Assembly (NCBI GenBank): GCA_000146465.1 | Contig: CP001949.1 | DNA length: 64,000 nt | Direction: 5' to 3' (one strand) | Shown: in pieces, positions 1-9,931 of the stretch | Layout of the letters: every line of letters starts with the position of its first letter | How positions within the stretch are numbered: position 1 is the stretch's first letter | Made by a program: the position numbers and the translations under genes | The notes under the pieces: generated by a model | What the model saw: the letters and a program-made list of their open reading frames with translations, nothing else | What the model was told of the DNA's origin: nothing | Database searches by the model: none

Positions 1-50
1 TGGTTTTATCAATATGATCTTCAATAAATAATTTTAATGTCTAATTGGAA

Positions 51-632
51 TTAGTCGATATTTACCAGTACCCGATCCTTTAGTATAATGAATCTCTGAC
101 GATACTCGATAGTAGAAAACTTACTTTTTGGCTTAAGTGCAGATATTTTCTTTTTCAATTCGGAGTCGGGAATCTTAGAGAGAATTCTGTCTCTATTGTC
201 TAATAAAAGCTGTGGTAAATATCTGAAGAGAAAACATCCAAACTTCTCGTAATTAACTCCGCAAAGAATGGACGCAAGAAAGTAATCTATAAGAGTGGAA
301 TGTGTGGAAGCGCTATTTTTAAGATGAATTAACCTTTTTAGTACTGAATAGAACAGATCATCAACAGGATCGAAGGTTACTACTATCTCTAGTACTTTCT
401 CCAGCACAAGAAGAACATTTCTCTCCAACTCCGATTCGTCCAGGCCAATGATTTTTCTGTATCCTATTTTTCTTTTTGAGGAAACATCGAGACACCAAAA
501 TATCTTTTCTATTTCCGAGCGTTCTTTTAAATGGCTTTTTATTTCTTGAGTCTTTCTTATTTTTGGTTTTTCTTTAGACTTTTTTCTTTCGTTGGCTTTT
601 TCTATCCGGAATTTCTTGAACAGCTTCCCCAT
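51..632 (-). CDS. hypothetical protein (193 aa) with Lys-rich N-terminus
   Basis: Intact ORF that fills the slot left of the ABC gene; no recognisable motif. Confidence 0.3.
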   Translation of the reverse strand: MGKLFKKFRIEKANERKKSKEKPKIRKTQEIKSHLKERSEIEKIFWCLDVSSKRKIGYRKIIGLDESELERNVLLVLEKVLEIVVTFDPVDDLFYSVLKRLIHLKNSASTHSTLIDYFLASILCGVNYEKFGCFLFRYLPQLLLDNRDRILSKIPDSELKKKISALKPKSKFSTIEYRQRFIILKDRVLVNID

Positions 633-678
633 CGAAACAGACAGGGAGATGAGTTTAAATTATTAGCCCAAAATTTTA

Positions 679-2637
679 TTAATTAACTGTTATTTCATCT
701 AGCTTCATATCTAAACTTTTGACACTCATCGTCAACCTCACATTTGGACTAAACTTTAAAACAAAGAATAGTGTGGATAATATCAACACCGATAAAAACG
801 AAAACAGGGCCAAAATAACCAGAAATCCATCGGAAAGGTAACATCTATTAAGAAATGTGATGGTATAGTTGAGGGTATTTTTCAAAGGAATGTCTTCCTG
901 ACTTGTTTGAACTCCATTGATTTGATTCAGAAATGAAATGAAGCCTAGTGATATAGAGCTCCTTCCTCCAAGTGTAACGTAGAAAAACGCATCCAAGAGT
1001 AGAAAAGGGCAGAGAAATAGACCATAGGATACTGGATACAGATATTTCATAAAACTGTATCTGTTGCTGAGTTCTTCGAGCTCTATACTCAGATAGAGGG
1101 GTCTGAGGAAGGTTGAAAGTACAAATGCAGCCACTCTGGTGATATTCAATGGGTAACTCCCTGAGGAAAAAGCCTTAACCATTGTCATGAAGATAACCAT
1201 GCCAAGAGGCGTAAGAACAAACATTGAAATTGCCCTTCCTGTCAGAATTTCCTTGAGCTGGGTTAAGCTTAGGAGAAAACAGAAGTAGAGCGATCTGATT
1301 ATTGAGAATATACATTCATATATCAAGACCGAAATCAAAAGAGATATTGGGCTATAGTCACATCTAAATGATTCTTTCTGAAGAAGTGCTCTATGGTCTA
1401 GGAAGCTTGAGTCATTAAATATGGAAAAGCATGTAACAAACGGAATCATGTTATAAGCAAAAAAGTCTAGAACATCGCTGTACAATATGTTGAGATCTTC
1501 GTAGTTTTTTTGGAGAAAATTCCTTAGATCGTTGAGATACATTTCGCCTGCGGCTAAGTATCTAGGACACATTCTATTAATAAATAGAAAAACAGAATAT
1601 CTCATCTTATCGCATAGAAAAAAGAAAAGCACTGTTGCCACAGCCATTTTGAATAGAAATACATTCCTCATGACTCCGCTTCTGTAATCGATCTTGAACT
1701 GCCGAATAAGTAGATGCCAAATATGCTTCCAAGAAACCGCAGAGACAACAAATCTTTGGCTGTTCCTTTCAAGGAGACTTTCGTTACAGTATTTTACCTC
1801 TTGATGTTGATCGGAGGAGAGCCAAAGGCCTTGCTGTTTCCGAATATCCATCTCTAACTCAAATAAATATTCTGCAACAGAAATGTTAAACGGTCTTTGC
1901 ATTCCAATGGAAAGAAGAAAACCATCTATTCCAGAGATAGGCCCTGCATAAATTATCTTTCCCTTGTCCAAGAATATTATGTCGTCGAATAAGGTAAACA
2001 TCGAATTTCCTGGCTGGTGCACAGTCATTAAAACTATCTTGTTCTTTGTCTCTGCATATTTTTTGAGTATTCGAACAGTTTCCAATGCTAAACGCGAATC
2101 CAAGCCACTTGTTGGCTCATCAAGGAATATTATGTCAGGTTCTACAACAAGCTCAATGGCTAACATAACTCTCCTTCTCTCTCCTCCAGAGATAGATGAG
2201 ATTAGTGATCCTCTCAATCTATTCAGCCCCAGATCCCTGATTATGTCATCCACTATCGACGGAATTGTGGAGTCCTTTATCTCTCGGCCCCTAAAGATAA
2301 TTGAGTATCTTATGGACTCTTCCACCGTAAGCCCCGAAGTAAAGGTATCAAACTGTTCCAAGTAAGAAGTGCTTTCAAGCCATTTGTATACCTTTCTCTG
2401 TTCTCCGTTAAGGGTGATAATTCCAGACGTTAGCACATTACTGTTAACCTTCCCCATTAGAAGATTGAGGAAAGAGGTTTTACTGCTTCCACTTCCTCCC
2501 ATCACAGCAGTTAGCTTTCCCGATGCTACTTCTCCAGAAATCCCAGAAATGAGATCAATATACTCTCCCTTGAGATCCTTGTTGTTGTTAGGTGCTTTCA
2601 AAAATACATCCTCGAATCTTAGTATCCTCTTTTTCAT
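679..2637 (-). CDS. ABC transporter, ABCG/White-type half transporter (NBD followed by TMD)
   Basis: Walker A GGSGSSKTS, ABC signature LSGGERRRV, Walker B IIFLDEPTSGLD, then multiple hydrophobic helices. Confidence 0.85.
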   Translation of the reverse strand: MKKRILRFEDVFLKAPNNNKDLKGEYIDLISGISGEVASGKLTAVMGGSGSSKTSFLNLLMGKVNSNVLTSGIITLNGEQRKVYKWLESTSYLEQFDTFTSGLTVEESIRYSIIFRGREIKDSTIPSIVDDIIRDLGLNRLRGSLISSISGGERRRVMLAIELVVEPDIIFLDEPTSGLDSRLALETVRILKKYAETKNKIVLMTVHQPGNSMFTLFDDIIFLDKGKIIYAGPISGIDGFLLSIGMQRPFNISVAEYLFELEMDIRKQQGLWLSSDQHQEVKYCNESLLERNSQRFVVSAVSWKHIWHLLIRQFKIDYRSGVMRNVFLFKMAVATVLFFFLCDKMRYSVFLFINRMCPRYLAAGEMYLNDLRNFLQKNYEDLNILYSDVLDFFAYNMIPFVTCFSIFNDSSFLDHRALLQKESFRCDYSPISLLISVLIYECIFSIIRSLYFCFLLSLTQLKEILTGRAISMFVLTPLGMVIFMTMVKAFSSGSYPLNITRVAAFVLSTFLRPLYLSIELEELSNRYSFMKYLYPVSYGLFLCPFLLLDAFFYVTLGGRSSISLGFISFLNQINGVQTSQEDIPLKNTLNYTITFLNRCYLSDGFLVILALFSFLSVLILSTLFFVLKFSPNVRLTMSVKSLDMKLDEITVN

Positions 2638-2854
2638 ACCCTTTCATAGTCCTCTCCCTTGAAAAGATACAAGCAACCAACCACTAAGCAGGAGAACTTG
2701 TTCCTTATTATTTTGCAAGAAGAACAAATAGAGTCTCCTTCTTGTAAATATAAGATCTCCTTTACTGAAGTGCTTTAATTAGATACTTTTGGATTGAGGC
2801 TCAAAGGAGAAGACCTATGAGACCTCCATGACCAAATTCAAAAGGTAGAAGGAA

Positions 2855-4225
2855 CTACTTACTTTTCCCGTGCGAATTAACGTTGATTCCTCTTGTCTCA
2901 ACATAGAGTTGGGTGCTCTTTTCCATTCTTGGGGAATATCCTTTTCTTGTGATGTAGTTTTCCTCGTCTTTAAGAGTAAGATGGCCCTTCAATGATATTT
3001 CAGCAGGCTTAAAAACTTCTCCGGCCGTACTTTCGGTCAATGATTCCCTCTGTATTGTAACGCTCTTGAAAGTCCTAAGAAGCTGCGAAGGTTCGAGGCC
3101 AGAAGGGTATTCCCTCATCCTTTCAAGCTCTGCCAATCTGCTAAGATAAGAGATGTAATGGGTGTTTATAACCTGGAATTCCTTCTTTTCAAATGCATGC
3201 AATTCATTCATGGCATTTCTATATTCACTTTCAATTTTATCTCTCAGGCTACTAATATTGTTTTGGAAATCCTCAACATTCTTTTTGAACTCATTTATGC
3301 TTTCTTTGAGTTTTCTCTCTTCCTCGACTAGTCGGACTTCTCCTACCTTCAAAATCTCCTGGAGCCTATCACAGGCTTCTACGTAATTCAGAAGGCTATG
3401 TGATCCGTTCGGGAGTTCCGAATGGTTTCCGCTTATTTTGCATTTAGTACAGACAGGAATAAAGCATTCTTCACAGAAGTAGTCCACCATTGTATCCATG
3501 TGGCTTGCACAGTAAATAAATTTCTTCTTCCCCACTTCGTTAAAGTAATATCTCACATGTCTTTTAAGGAAATGGTCGCTGTGAACCTCCTCATCACATT
3601 CCCCGCAGAAGCTAGCTCTTTCCGCAGGACAGAAAGATATCGACTGGTTTACACGACATCTATCACACACAAAGCTTCCCTTCGATCTCATCTCCAATTC
3701 AGAATCATATTCAAAGGTTATGTCGAAAAGAGGTAGAATCCTGCTTGGATCCTTAATGGCATACCAATAGTTTTTCACGTCTGCTTGTGAATCCGACAAG
3801 AACCCCACCTGATATCCTATATCACTTGTAATGAAGGAATTGTAATGTCCTGGAGGATTCATCTGCTTGACGTACTCCTTAGATACATAGATTGATTCTC
3901 CAACAGCAACCGAGCAGAGCTTAACCTTATGGGTGATGGAGTCCCGGGAAAGCGGAACCCCAAACACAGGAAAATAGGTTACAGGACCAATCTCCATGCA
4001 GAATGCCTTGATTCTCTTTGTGTCCCCAAATTTCTTTTCAAATGCTGCAGCCTGCTGCAAGCTTGTGATGTCTTCTAGCTTTTCTATTCTCAAGGTTGTG
4101 CTATCCAGCAGATACTTCAGCAAATATTCAATGTCATGCATAAGGGGAACAAAAAACAACAAATCAAATCCGTTCCTGAAAAATAGACAAAGGACCTGGA
4201 ATCCAAACAAAGATAATTTATTCAC
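2855..4225 (-). CDS. B-box zinc-finger / coiled-coil protein (TRIM-like, no RING)
   Basis: Two Cys/His clusters that fit B-box spacing (CDRC-x8-C-x7-CGEC-x4-HSDH and C-x2-H-x8-CEEC-x4-CTKC-x5-H), followed by a heptad-rich KLKESINEFKKNVEDFQNN coiled coil. Confidence 0.5.
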   Translation of the reverse strand: MNKLSLFGFQVLCLFFRNGFDLLFFVPLMHDIEYLLKYLLDSTTLRIEKLEDITSLQQAAAFEKKFGDTKRIKAFCMEIGPVTYFPVFGVPLSRDSITHKVKLCSVAVGESIYVSKEYVKQMNPPGHYNSFITSDIGYQVGFLSDSQADVKNYWYAIKDPSRILPLFDITFEYDSELEMRSKGSFVCDRCRVNQSISFCPAERASFCGECDEEVHSDHFLKRHVRYYFNEVGKKKFIYCASHMDTMVDYFCEECFIPVCTKCKISGNHSELPNGSHSLLNYVEACDRLQEILKVGEVRLVEEERKLKESINEFKKNVEDFQNNISSLRDKIESEYRNAMNELHAFEKKEFQVINTHYISYLSRLAELERMREYPSGLEPSQLLRTFKSVTIQRESLTESTAGEVFKPAEISLKGHLTLKDEENYITRKGYSPRMEKSTQLYVETRGINVNSHGKSK

Positions 4226-4247
4226 TTTCCTCCAGTGCTTGTGGTCT

Positions 4248-4904
4248 TCATGTGTTGAGAATACTTATTTGAATTACAATGGTGAAGTTGTCTCCCAATG
4301 AGTATGCCAGTATATGCGAATCCAAAAAAGAAAAGATGACATCTCCTTTAAGCTCCTCCAGAATGCGTAGATCCCTACCCCTTACCTTTACAGTCACCGA
4401 ATCGACCGTAGACTCGGGAACGCGGAGTCCGGAATACTTTGATCTTGTTCTAACTACTCCAAAGGATTCCATCACAAAATTTCCATCTTTTCCTGCTTTT
4501 ATTTCAATCTCCTCAGAACTCAAAACCTTGAGCCCATTTATTGCAATGCTAAGTAATGGAACACCTCCGGCAATCTGATACTCTTCTTCATATCTTTTAA
4601 TTCTTCTTTCTACATTAACAAGGCTTCCTTCCATGCTTGCCTCGTAGCTATATCTTAATTCCTTCTCTTCTACTGTAAATTCCTGTGTTTGCTTCAACAT
4701 TGCTATGAAGTCCTTGACTCTGACTGTAAAGCTGCAATCACAGAACTTCGGCATTTCAACAAAAATAGATCTAGAACATATGCTTGTGTTTGTTACAGTT
4801 ATCTTGGAGGCAAACTTCCTCACAAACACAAGAATGTTGTGAAGTAGTGGCGATAAGTCAATCTTCCCCATTCTAATCGGAAGGCATGCAAAATTACTCT
4901 TCAA
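4248..4904 (-). CDS. hypothetical protein; weak resemblance to the N-terminus of the PCNA-fold checkpoint clamp Hus1
   Basis: 218-aa ORF; MGKIDLSPLLHNILVFVRKFASKI... loosely matches the Hus1 N-terminal pattern; probable start at the second Met. Confidence 0.3.
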   Translation of the reverse strand: MKSNFACLPIRMGKIDLSPLLHNILVFVRKFASKITVTNTSICSRSIFVEMPKFCDCSFTVRVKDFIAMLKQTQEFTVEEKELRYSYEASMEGSLVNVERRIKRYEEEYQIAGGVPLLSIAINGLKVLSSEEIEIKAGKDGNFVMESFGVVRTRSKYSGLRVPESTVDSVTVKVRGRDLRILEELKGDVIFSFLDSHILAYSLGDNFTIVIQISILNT

Positions 4905-4949
4905 TAAGAAATTGGTTTATTCACAGCAAAGCCCATTCTATAGAGAGAA

Positions 4950-5192
4950 TCAGATAATATCAAAACATGCAATTGTCCCTCCGTTTATTAGAACCTCACC
5001 GATGTAGGTCTCCGACTCTCCATCTATCTGAAGATAACTTTCCTTGAGATGTGTATTTACATGCATATCAAAATTCTCTAGCACCCCTCGATATGTTTTG
5101 CTGCTAAGAGTGATAATCCTGACACATTTATTTCTATTCTTCTTCAGAATCTCCAGGGCAGGCAATTCCATTCTAAGGGTCATTTCAGCCAC
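4950..5192 (-). CDS. Sm-like (LSm/Sm) small nuclear ribonucleoprotein
   Basis: 80 aa; Sm1-like GVLENFDMHVNTHL and Sm2-like IGEVLINGGTI motifs. Confidence 0.6.
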   Translation of the reverse strand: MAEMTLRMELPALEILKKNRNKCVRIITLSSKTYRGVLENFDMHVNTHLKESYLQIDGESETYIGEVLINGGTIACFDII

Positions 5193-5195
5193 AAA

Positions 5196-5879
5196 TTATC
5201 CGCTATTTTTTTGTGTCCTCTTCTTCTGTTTTATTATGACTGTTTCTCTGCCTAAGCTATCACTATTCTTTAAGACTGTTTCTCCTCTATAAACTTCCTG
5301 TTTGCTCACAGATATCCCTGTTTTATCGTAAACAAACTTCTTAAGCATTCTAACATTGTTGCAGTTGAATTCCAAACTTTCATACTCTGTTCTAATTCCT
5401 TTGTCAAAGATAACAGTTACTCTGCCCCCTTCGTCGGATTCTAGCTCCCTATTGCATGTCTTTGCTCTCAGATGGTTGTTTATCTCCTCCGAAGCAATGT
5501 TCTCGTTGCAGAAAGGGCATCTCTGGTATCTAGTGGTCTGTCCTATTTCTTTGTACCTACCATCTTCAAATAAGTAGGATCGACTGCCATCTTTCAGTAT
5601 TGCAACCACTTTGAATCTATTGAACTCTGACAAAGAATGAATTTTTCTTTTGAATCGTCTCCTTTGAGAATAAAAATCATACACTTCCCCCTTCTCTATC
5701 TGCTTCACAACTCTGGCATAGTTCCTTTTCACCATGATATAATTCTTGTAGTCCTCTGAATCTTTTGATAAAGAACTCATATCATCTTCTTCCAAATTCC
5801 CTCTGACTACAGACTTCAATGCAGCCTTCTTTATTTCTTTCCACTTTTCTCCCTCTGGATACAAAAGTGTAAAATGCAT
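5196..5879 (-). CDS. UBZ4 (Rad18-type) zinc-finger protein, DNA-damage response candidate
   Basis: CPFCNENIASEEINNHLRAKTC, i.e. C-x2-C-x11-H-x5-C, close to the RAD18 UBZ CPVCGVNIPESHINKHLDSC. Confidence 0.45.
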   Translation of the reverse strand: MHFTLLYPEGEKWKEIKKAALKSVVRGNLEEDDMSSLSKDSEDYKNYIMVKRNYARVVKQIEKGEVYDFYSQRRRFKRKIHSLSEFNRFKVVAILKDGSRSYLFEDGRYKEIGQTTRYQRCPFCNENIASEEINNHLRAKTCNRELESDEGGRVTVIFDKGIRTEYESLEFNCNNVRMLKKFVYDKTGISVSKQEVYRGETVLKNSDSLGRETVIIKQKKRTQKNSG

Positions 5880-6076
5880 GGGCTATAGTCTTAATGATTC
5901 CATTGTTTCTCAAGCCAGTCTCTTTGGCATATGGGCTTTAAGAAAGGAACTAGTTACATAGTTGGTATCGAGATAAATTCCAGCTTATGAATATAATATA
6001 GGCTTTAACAAATGCTTATTCTATATGTGCTTGGAATGCCTTATAAACAACCTTGCATAAACCCTGAATGGGGAAA

Positions 6077-6247
6077 ATGGAAAAAAATTCTTCAGACCAA
6101 GAAAAACCTAAGGTGTTTGATTCGCCTGTAACAAAGAAGAAAGTAATGACACCAATAAAATCAGCTTTGCGTAGCTCTAATGGAAAGATCGGCCAATTCC
6201 TCAAGAAAATACGAGAGTTAAGTGAAGAAAACAAGGAAAATTTATAA
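6077..6247 (+). CDS. candidate small ORF (56 aa, hydrophilic, Lys-rich) in an unusually long spacer
   Basis: ATG..TAA ORF MEKNSSDQEKPKVFDSPVTKKKVMTPIKSALRSSNGKIGQFLKKIRELSEENKENL; too short for the ORF track; no homology recognised. Confidence 0.2.
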   Translation: MEKNSSDQEKPKVFDSPVTKKKVMTPIKSALRSSNGKIGQFLKKIRELSEENKENL

Positions 6248-6315
6248 AAATAATAAGCAAAAGATTAAATTCAATCAGAATTCATTCCATTTAGAGAATT
6301 TTTCTTTGTATTGAT

Positions 6316-6705
6316 CTATTTTATATAGTATGCATACTTCATTACTTCAAATGGATCATTTTCGATACACTTGCCGTTTACTATGTAGTTGTCTAGGATT
6401 AAATGTGTTTCTTTGAAGTTGTATATAAAATGAAGCTCGCAAACCTTGGTGAAGAATCTGTCGTAGATTGACATAAGGTTGTTTATCAAGGAAAGCACAT
6501 ACATTTCGTTTTCATTCTCCACAACAAAGGCAATAAACATGTTTCCAAATTTGTTAAAGACGACAGTCTCTCTGCCGTTGGCAATGTTCCTTTCTTTCTG
6601 GGCTAGCACCATTGATCTTATTTCCTCGTCAGAAAGAGAGGGCTCGTATGTTCTTTTGAGCCTAGTTTCACCGTCTAAGCTGAATGCATAGACCTTTTTT
6701 ATCAT
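6316..6705 (-). CDS. clathrin adaptor (AP) complex sigma small subunit
   Basis: MIKKVYAFSLDG..RLKRTY N-terminus plus KVCELHFIYNFKETHLILDNYIVNG, which matches the AP sigma [25 protein letters not shown]. Confidence 0.7.
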   Translation of the reverse strand: MIKKVYAFSLDGETRLKRTYEPSLSDEEIRSMVLAQKERNIANGRETVVFNKFGNMFIAFVVENENEMYVLSLINNLMSIYDRFFTKVCELHFIYNFKETHLILDNYIVNGKCIENDPFEVMKYAYYIK

Positions 6706-6776
6706 GAAACGATAAACATCACTTTTTTTCTAGTCCATGTGAAACATTGATGACAAGGATGTTCCTTCCACCCTCA

Positions 6777-7379
6777 ATGGGATCTTTGAGTAGCACAATG
6801 CTGTGCGAGGAGGAAATAGAGGAGTTGAAGAACACTACGGTTTTTGATGAGAGAGAGATCGAACATTTATACGAAAGGTTTCAATTTCTAGACAGGGAGT
6901 CCCGGGGATATCTAACATATAATGAGTTGAACAACATCCCTGAGTTCCAGTCGAATCCCTTCAGTCATCTTATAATGAAAAGCATTGAAAAGATGACTGA
7001 CTATGAAAAAATGACATTTCCACACTTCCTCGAATTTTTGGGAATCTTTTCCGAGAAGAACAATAGAAAAAACAGGATAAGATATCTGTTCGACATCTTT
7101 GACTTAAATGGAGACGGCAAGCTATGCAGAAATGTACTTGTCAGAATTAACAAGATGATGGGCCAAGATGGAAAGATGGAGGAAGTCGAAAATCTTTTAA
7201 ACATTTACGATGAAGGGGGTAAGGGATACTTAGATACATCGGACTTTGCTAAGTTTTATGAAAGCGACCCTCTAATCGATAGGAATATGATAATCGATTT
7301 CTCGAAGAATCTGAAGCGACCCAGGCAAGTGGGGTTTATGCAAGTGTTGTGGCCATCAACCTATAAGGATGAAGAATAA
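6777..7379 (+). CDS. calcineurin B-like EF-hand protein (CNB/CHP family)
   Basis: MGSLSS N-myristoylation-type start preceded by CCC; EF-hand loop DLNGDGKLCRNV; the ORF track begins upstream at a TTG (6747). Confidence 0.65.
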   Translation: MGSLSSTMLCEEEIEELKNTTVFDEREIEHLYERFQFLDRESRGYLTYNELNNIPEFQSNPFSHLIMKSIEKMTDYEKMTFPHFLEFLGIFSEKNNRKNRIRYLFDIFDLNGDGKLCRNVLVRINKMMGQDGKMEEVENLLNIYDEGGKGYLDTSDFAKFYESDPLIDRNMIIDFSKNLKRPRQVGFMQVLWPSTYKDEE

Positions 7380-7498
7380 AAAGAGTGACGTAGCTCTAGA
7401 TTTGGAAATAAAATTCATAGTATCGCCTACATTTGGCCTGTCGACGGTAATCTAGGGACTTGTAACCATAAATAAAGAATTTGAAAGCCCACATCAAA

Positions 7499-8899
7499 AT
7501 GTTTTTCAAGAAACATGAAGAACCCAAGGCTCTTGGAGCAGGAGAGAGACTAAACCTTCTTTCCAACCGACTAACTGGGTCGATATACTATGAAGATAGA
7601 GCAGATGCACTCGAAAAGATCTTGGAAATGTCGAAGGTCTATCCAGTTGAGGTAGGTGTCCATGCACTTGAGGATGTAATCTGCTCGATGGAAAGGATGG
7701 ATGACGTGTCTATTCATTTGAAAATACTCAGTAACGTTCTTCGATGTATCCATCGACTAGAGTTTATCGACATTATTGTCAAGAACTCCGAAAGCCTGAG
7801 AATATTATGTGACTGCATTGGAAATGGAAAGAGCGGAAAAGAAGTGTATGATTTACTCTGTGTGCTAAGTGTTTCCGAATTCTTTTCTCCTAAGGCTGTA
7901 GGAATTCCAAGCATGGCTCACTACTGCGTTCAAATGGTTAAGGAAAAAAGGATGGGACTAATACCTAGGCTTGCCTTGGGAGATCTGAACTTCAGAAGGG
8001 AGCTTACGTTCATGGGCATATTTGAAAATCTTCTGAAGGAGCTTCAAGATGAATTTTCCAGAGACGCAATGTCCACACTAGCATTATTGCTTAAAGACAG
8101 CCCATTCAACCAGAATTACTTTAATGAGCTAAGGTGGGATTTTCTTCTAAAATACATAGACAAACATCCCAATGAGGTGTTTGATGTTTTATCTGCCTTG
8201 ATAGATCTTAAGAACATTGAATTCCAAAAGCTTCAGTCTTCTGTCTATAGGAGGATTGACCTTGTAGTTCTTCTTGAATTTAGAAGATGGGACTTGTTGT
8301 ATCTCATTGTAAAAGATAATCAACCATACACAGAAAAACTTCTTGAGACATCGGTATTCGACAAAATTGAGGAATGGCTTCCCAAGGAGACCCTTACAAC
8401 AAAACAGAATGAACTCTACTTGCTGGTTGATTACCTTTTGTTTTGGAGTAATCCTGACGTCTCAAAGATGAACTCGTACAAGATATATACAATGAAGAGC
8501 CTAAGAGAGCAGGACATCTCTACAAACGATCTTATGGAAGGAGCCTTCAAAATAATTGGTCAGCTCGATAGTAGAGAAGAGACTGTAGTATTTGATGCAT
8601 TGATATTTATTATTTTCAACTTCGAAAAGAGTAGGGCTGAAAAAATGATCTCTGTACTTTCAGAGATATTCTGTGATTATACTAAGCCTAAGCTCCACAG
8701 GTTTCTCTGTCTTATTATTCTCCTCATGCTGGAGACACCGGTAGACAGGGTTAACATCAACCATTATACTGCATACCATCTGTTAAGAGAGGCAAGATTC
8801 CTTTTATGTTCTATCGACCTGAATTCCCCACTCTATCTCACAAATGAAATGGTGGACATTCTTGTAAATAACATTGGAGACCTTGTCCGTATCAGATGA
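7499..8899 (+). CDS. vesicle tethering factor p115/Uso1-like (armadillo N-terminal region)
   Basis: ERLNLLSNRLTGSIYYEDRADALEKILEMSKVYPVEVGVHALEDVI resembles the p115 N-terminus (..LLDDRRNAVRALKSLSKKYRLEVGIQAMEHLI); first ATG after the CCC motif is at 7499. Confidence 0.45.
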   Translation: MFFKKHEEPKALGAGERLNLLSNRLTGSIYYEDRADALEKILEMSKVYPVEVGVHALEDVICSMERMDDVSIHLKILSNVLRCIHRLEFIDIIVKNSESLRILCDCIGNGKSGKEVYDLLCVLSVSEFFSPKAVGIPSMAHYCVQMVKEKRMGLIPRLALGDLNFRRELTFMGIFENLLKELQDEFSRDAMSTLALLLKDSPFNQNYFNELRWDFLLKYIDKHPNEVFDVLSALIDLKNIEFQKLQSSVYRRIDLVVLLEFRRWDLLYLIVKDNQPYTEKLLETSVFDKIEEWLPKETLTTKQNELYLLVDYLLFWSNPDVSKMNSYKIYTMKSLREQDISTNDLMEGAFKIIGQLDSREETVVFDALIFIIFNFEKSRAEKMISVLSEIFCDYTKPKLHRFLCLIILLMLETPVDRVNINHYTAYHLLREARFLLCSIDLNSPLYLTNEMVDILVNNIGDLVRIR

Positions 8900-8973
8900 T
8901 GAAATTTCTAGAACTAAACCACCTTAAGGAAAATAATAGAGGGCTTCCTGGAAAAACCTGTATGTTTCCTATT

Positions 8974-9774
8974 CTATTTTATTATCTCTTTGATCTCTTC
9001 GGAAAAGAACCTTAAAAACATTTCAACATCTTCAACACGTGACAGAACATGTGTCCCTTCCGGTATCTTCTCAACTCTCGAATTTCTCACCAATTTCAGT
9101 TTAGATTCAATGTTTCTTACAGAATACTCGTCCTTTCCAGATACCACAAAAAGAAGTCTTGTGCCTCCCTTGTTTAACTCCATATAAAACTTATCCTCCA
9201 GATAGCTAGAAAACATGTCTTCCTTCCCATATCTAGAAAAGATGTCCAAAATTCTTTTTGGTGTTAGGTATAAACCACTTTGATGCTTGATTGCTACGTC
9301 CTCCTTTTTCCTCTCAATTGTTTCCTTTGCCCATCTCAACAGATCTGGAAGGTTTTTGTTTTCATGTTCCTCAAACTCGACATCACTTACAGCCCCTAAA
9401 AGCACAGCAAGCTTAATCTTTCTATCTTTTGTATTATTTAAATAATAAACAATGTCTTGACATCCTGTCGAGTTTCCAACCAAAATCACATCTCCGTTCG
9501 TCTGAGACAGCAAGCATCCCAAATCTTCTATGTCATCATCTATTGTAAAGAGTCCGTACTCGGGATGGGATCTTAGCTGTGGAATTATAAATTCATAGCC
9601 ATTCTCAATACAATACTGATTTAACATAATTGTGGGAAGACAAATCGGGAAGCGAGATGTTAGGCCACCAATATATACAACTTTGGTATTACTTTCGACT
9701 CGATTGGAATATGCAACCAAATTATTTTTTGAATCGTACGTAAATATCTTTCCTTCCAACTCTTCTCCAAACAT
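8974..9774 (-). CDS. alpha/beta-hydrolase fold protein (serine hydrolase-like)
   Basis: Nucleophile-elbow-like VILVGNSTGCQD after a beta-strand KVVYIGGLT; C5 run immediately 5' of the ATG. Confidence 0.4.
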   Translation of the reverse strand: MFGEELEGKIFTYDSKNNLVAYSNRVESNTKVVYIGGLTSRFPICLPTIMLNQYCIENGYEFIIPQLRSHPEYGLFTIDDDIEDLGCLLSQTNGDVILVGNSTGCQDIVYYLNNTKDRKIKLAVLLGAVSDVEFEEHENKNLPDLLRWAKETIERKKEDVAIKHQSGLYLTPKRILDIFSRYGKEDMFSSYLEDKFYMELNKGGTRLLFVVSGKDEYSVRNIESKLKLVRNSRVEKIPEGTHVLSRVEDVEMFLRFFSEEIKEIIK

Positions 9775-9931
9775 GGGGGAGAAAAGCTCTCAGACTATAA
9801 GGGGGCCTAGTTTGGTTACTCAAGGATGTTCTTAAAATCCATCTTCATGCTCTAAATAGTGAAAAAAGATACCAATGGATGGTGAAGTTTTCCAGGAGCA
9901 CATTCAATAGCTCTCGGAAGTGATTCCTAGG

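Noticed and set aside
1964-2662. ORFs 1964-2365 (+) and 2369-2662 (+), antisense within the ABC transporter gene
   Set aside because: They lie entirely inside a well-supported coding gene on the opposite strand and have low-complexity translations; they are by-products of codon bias
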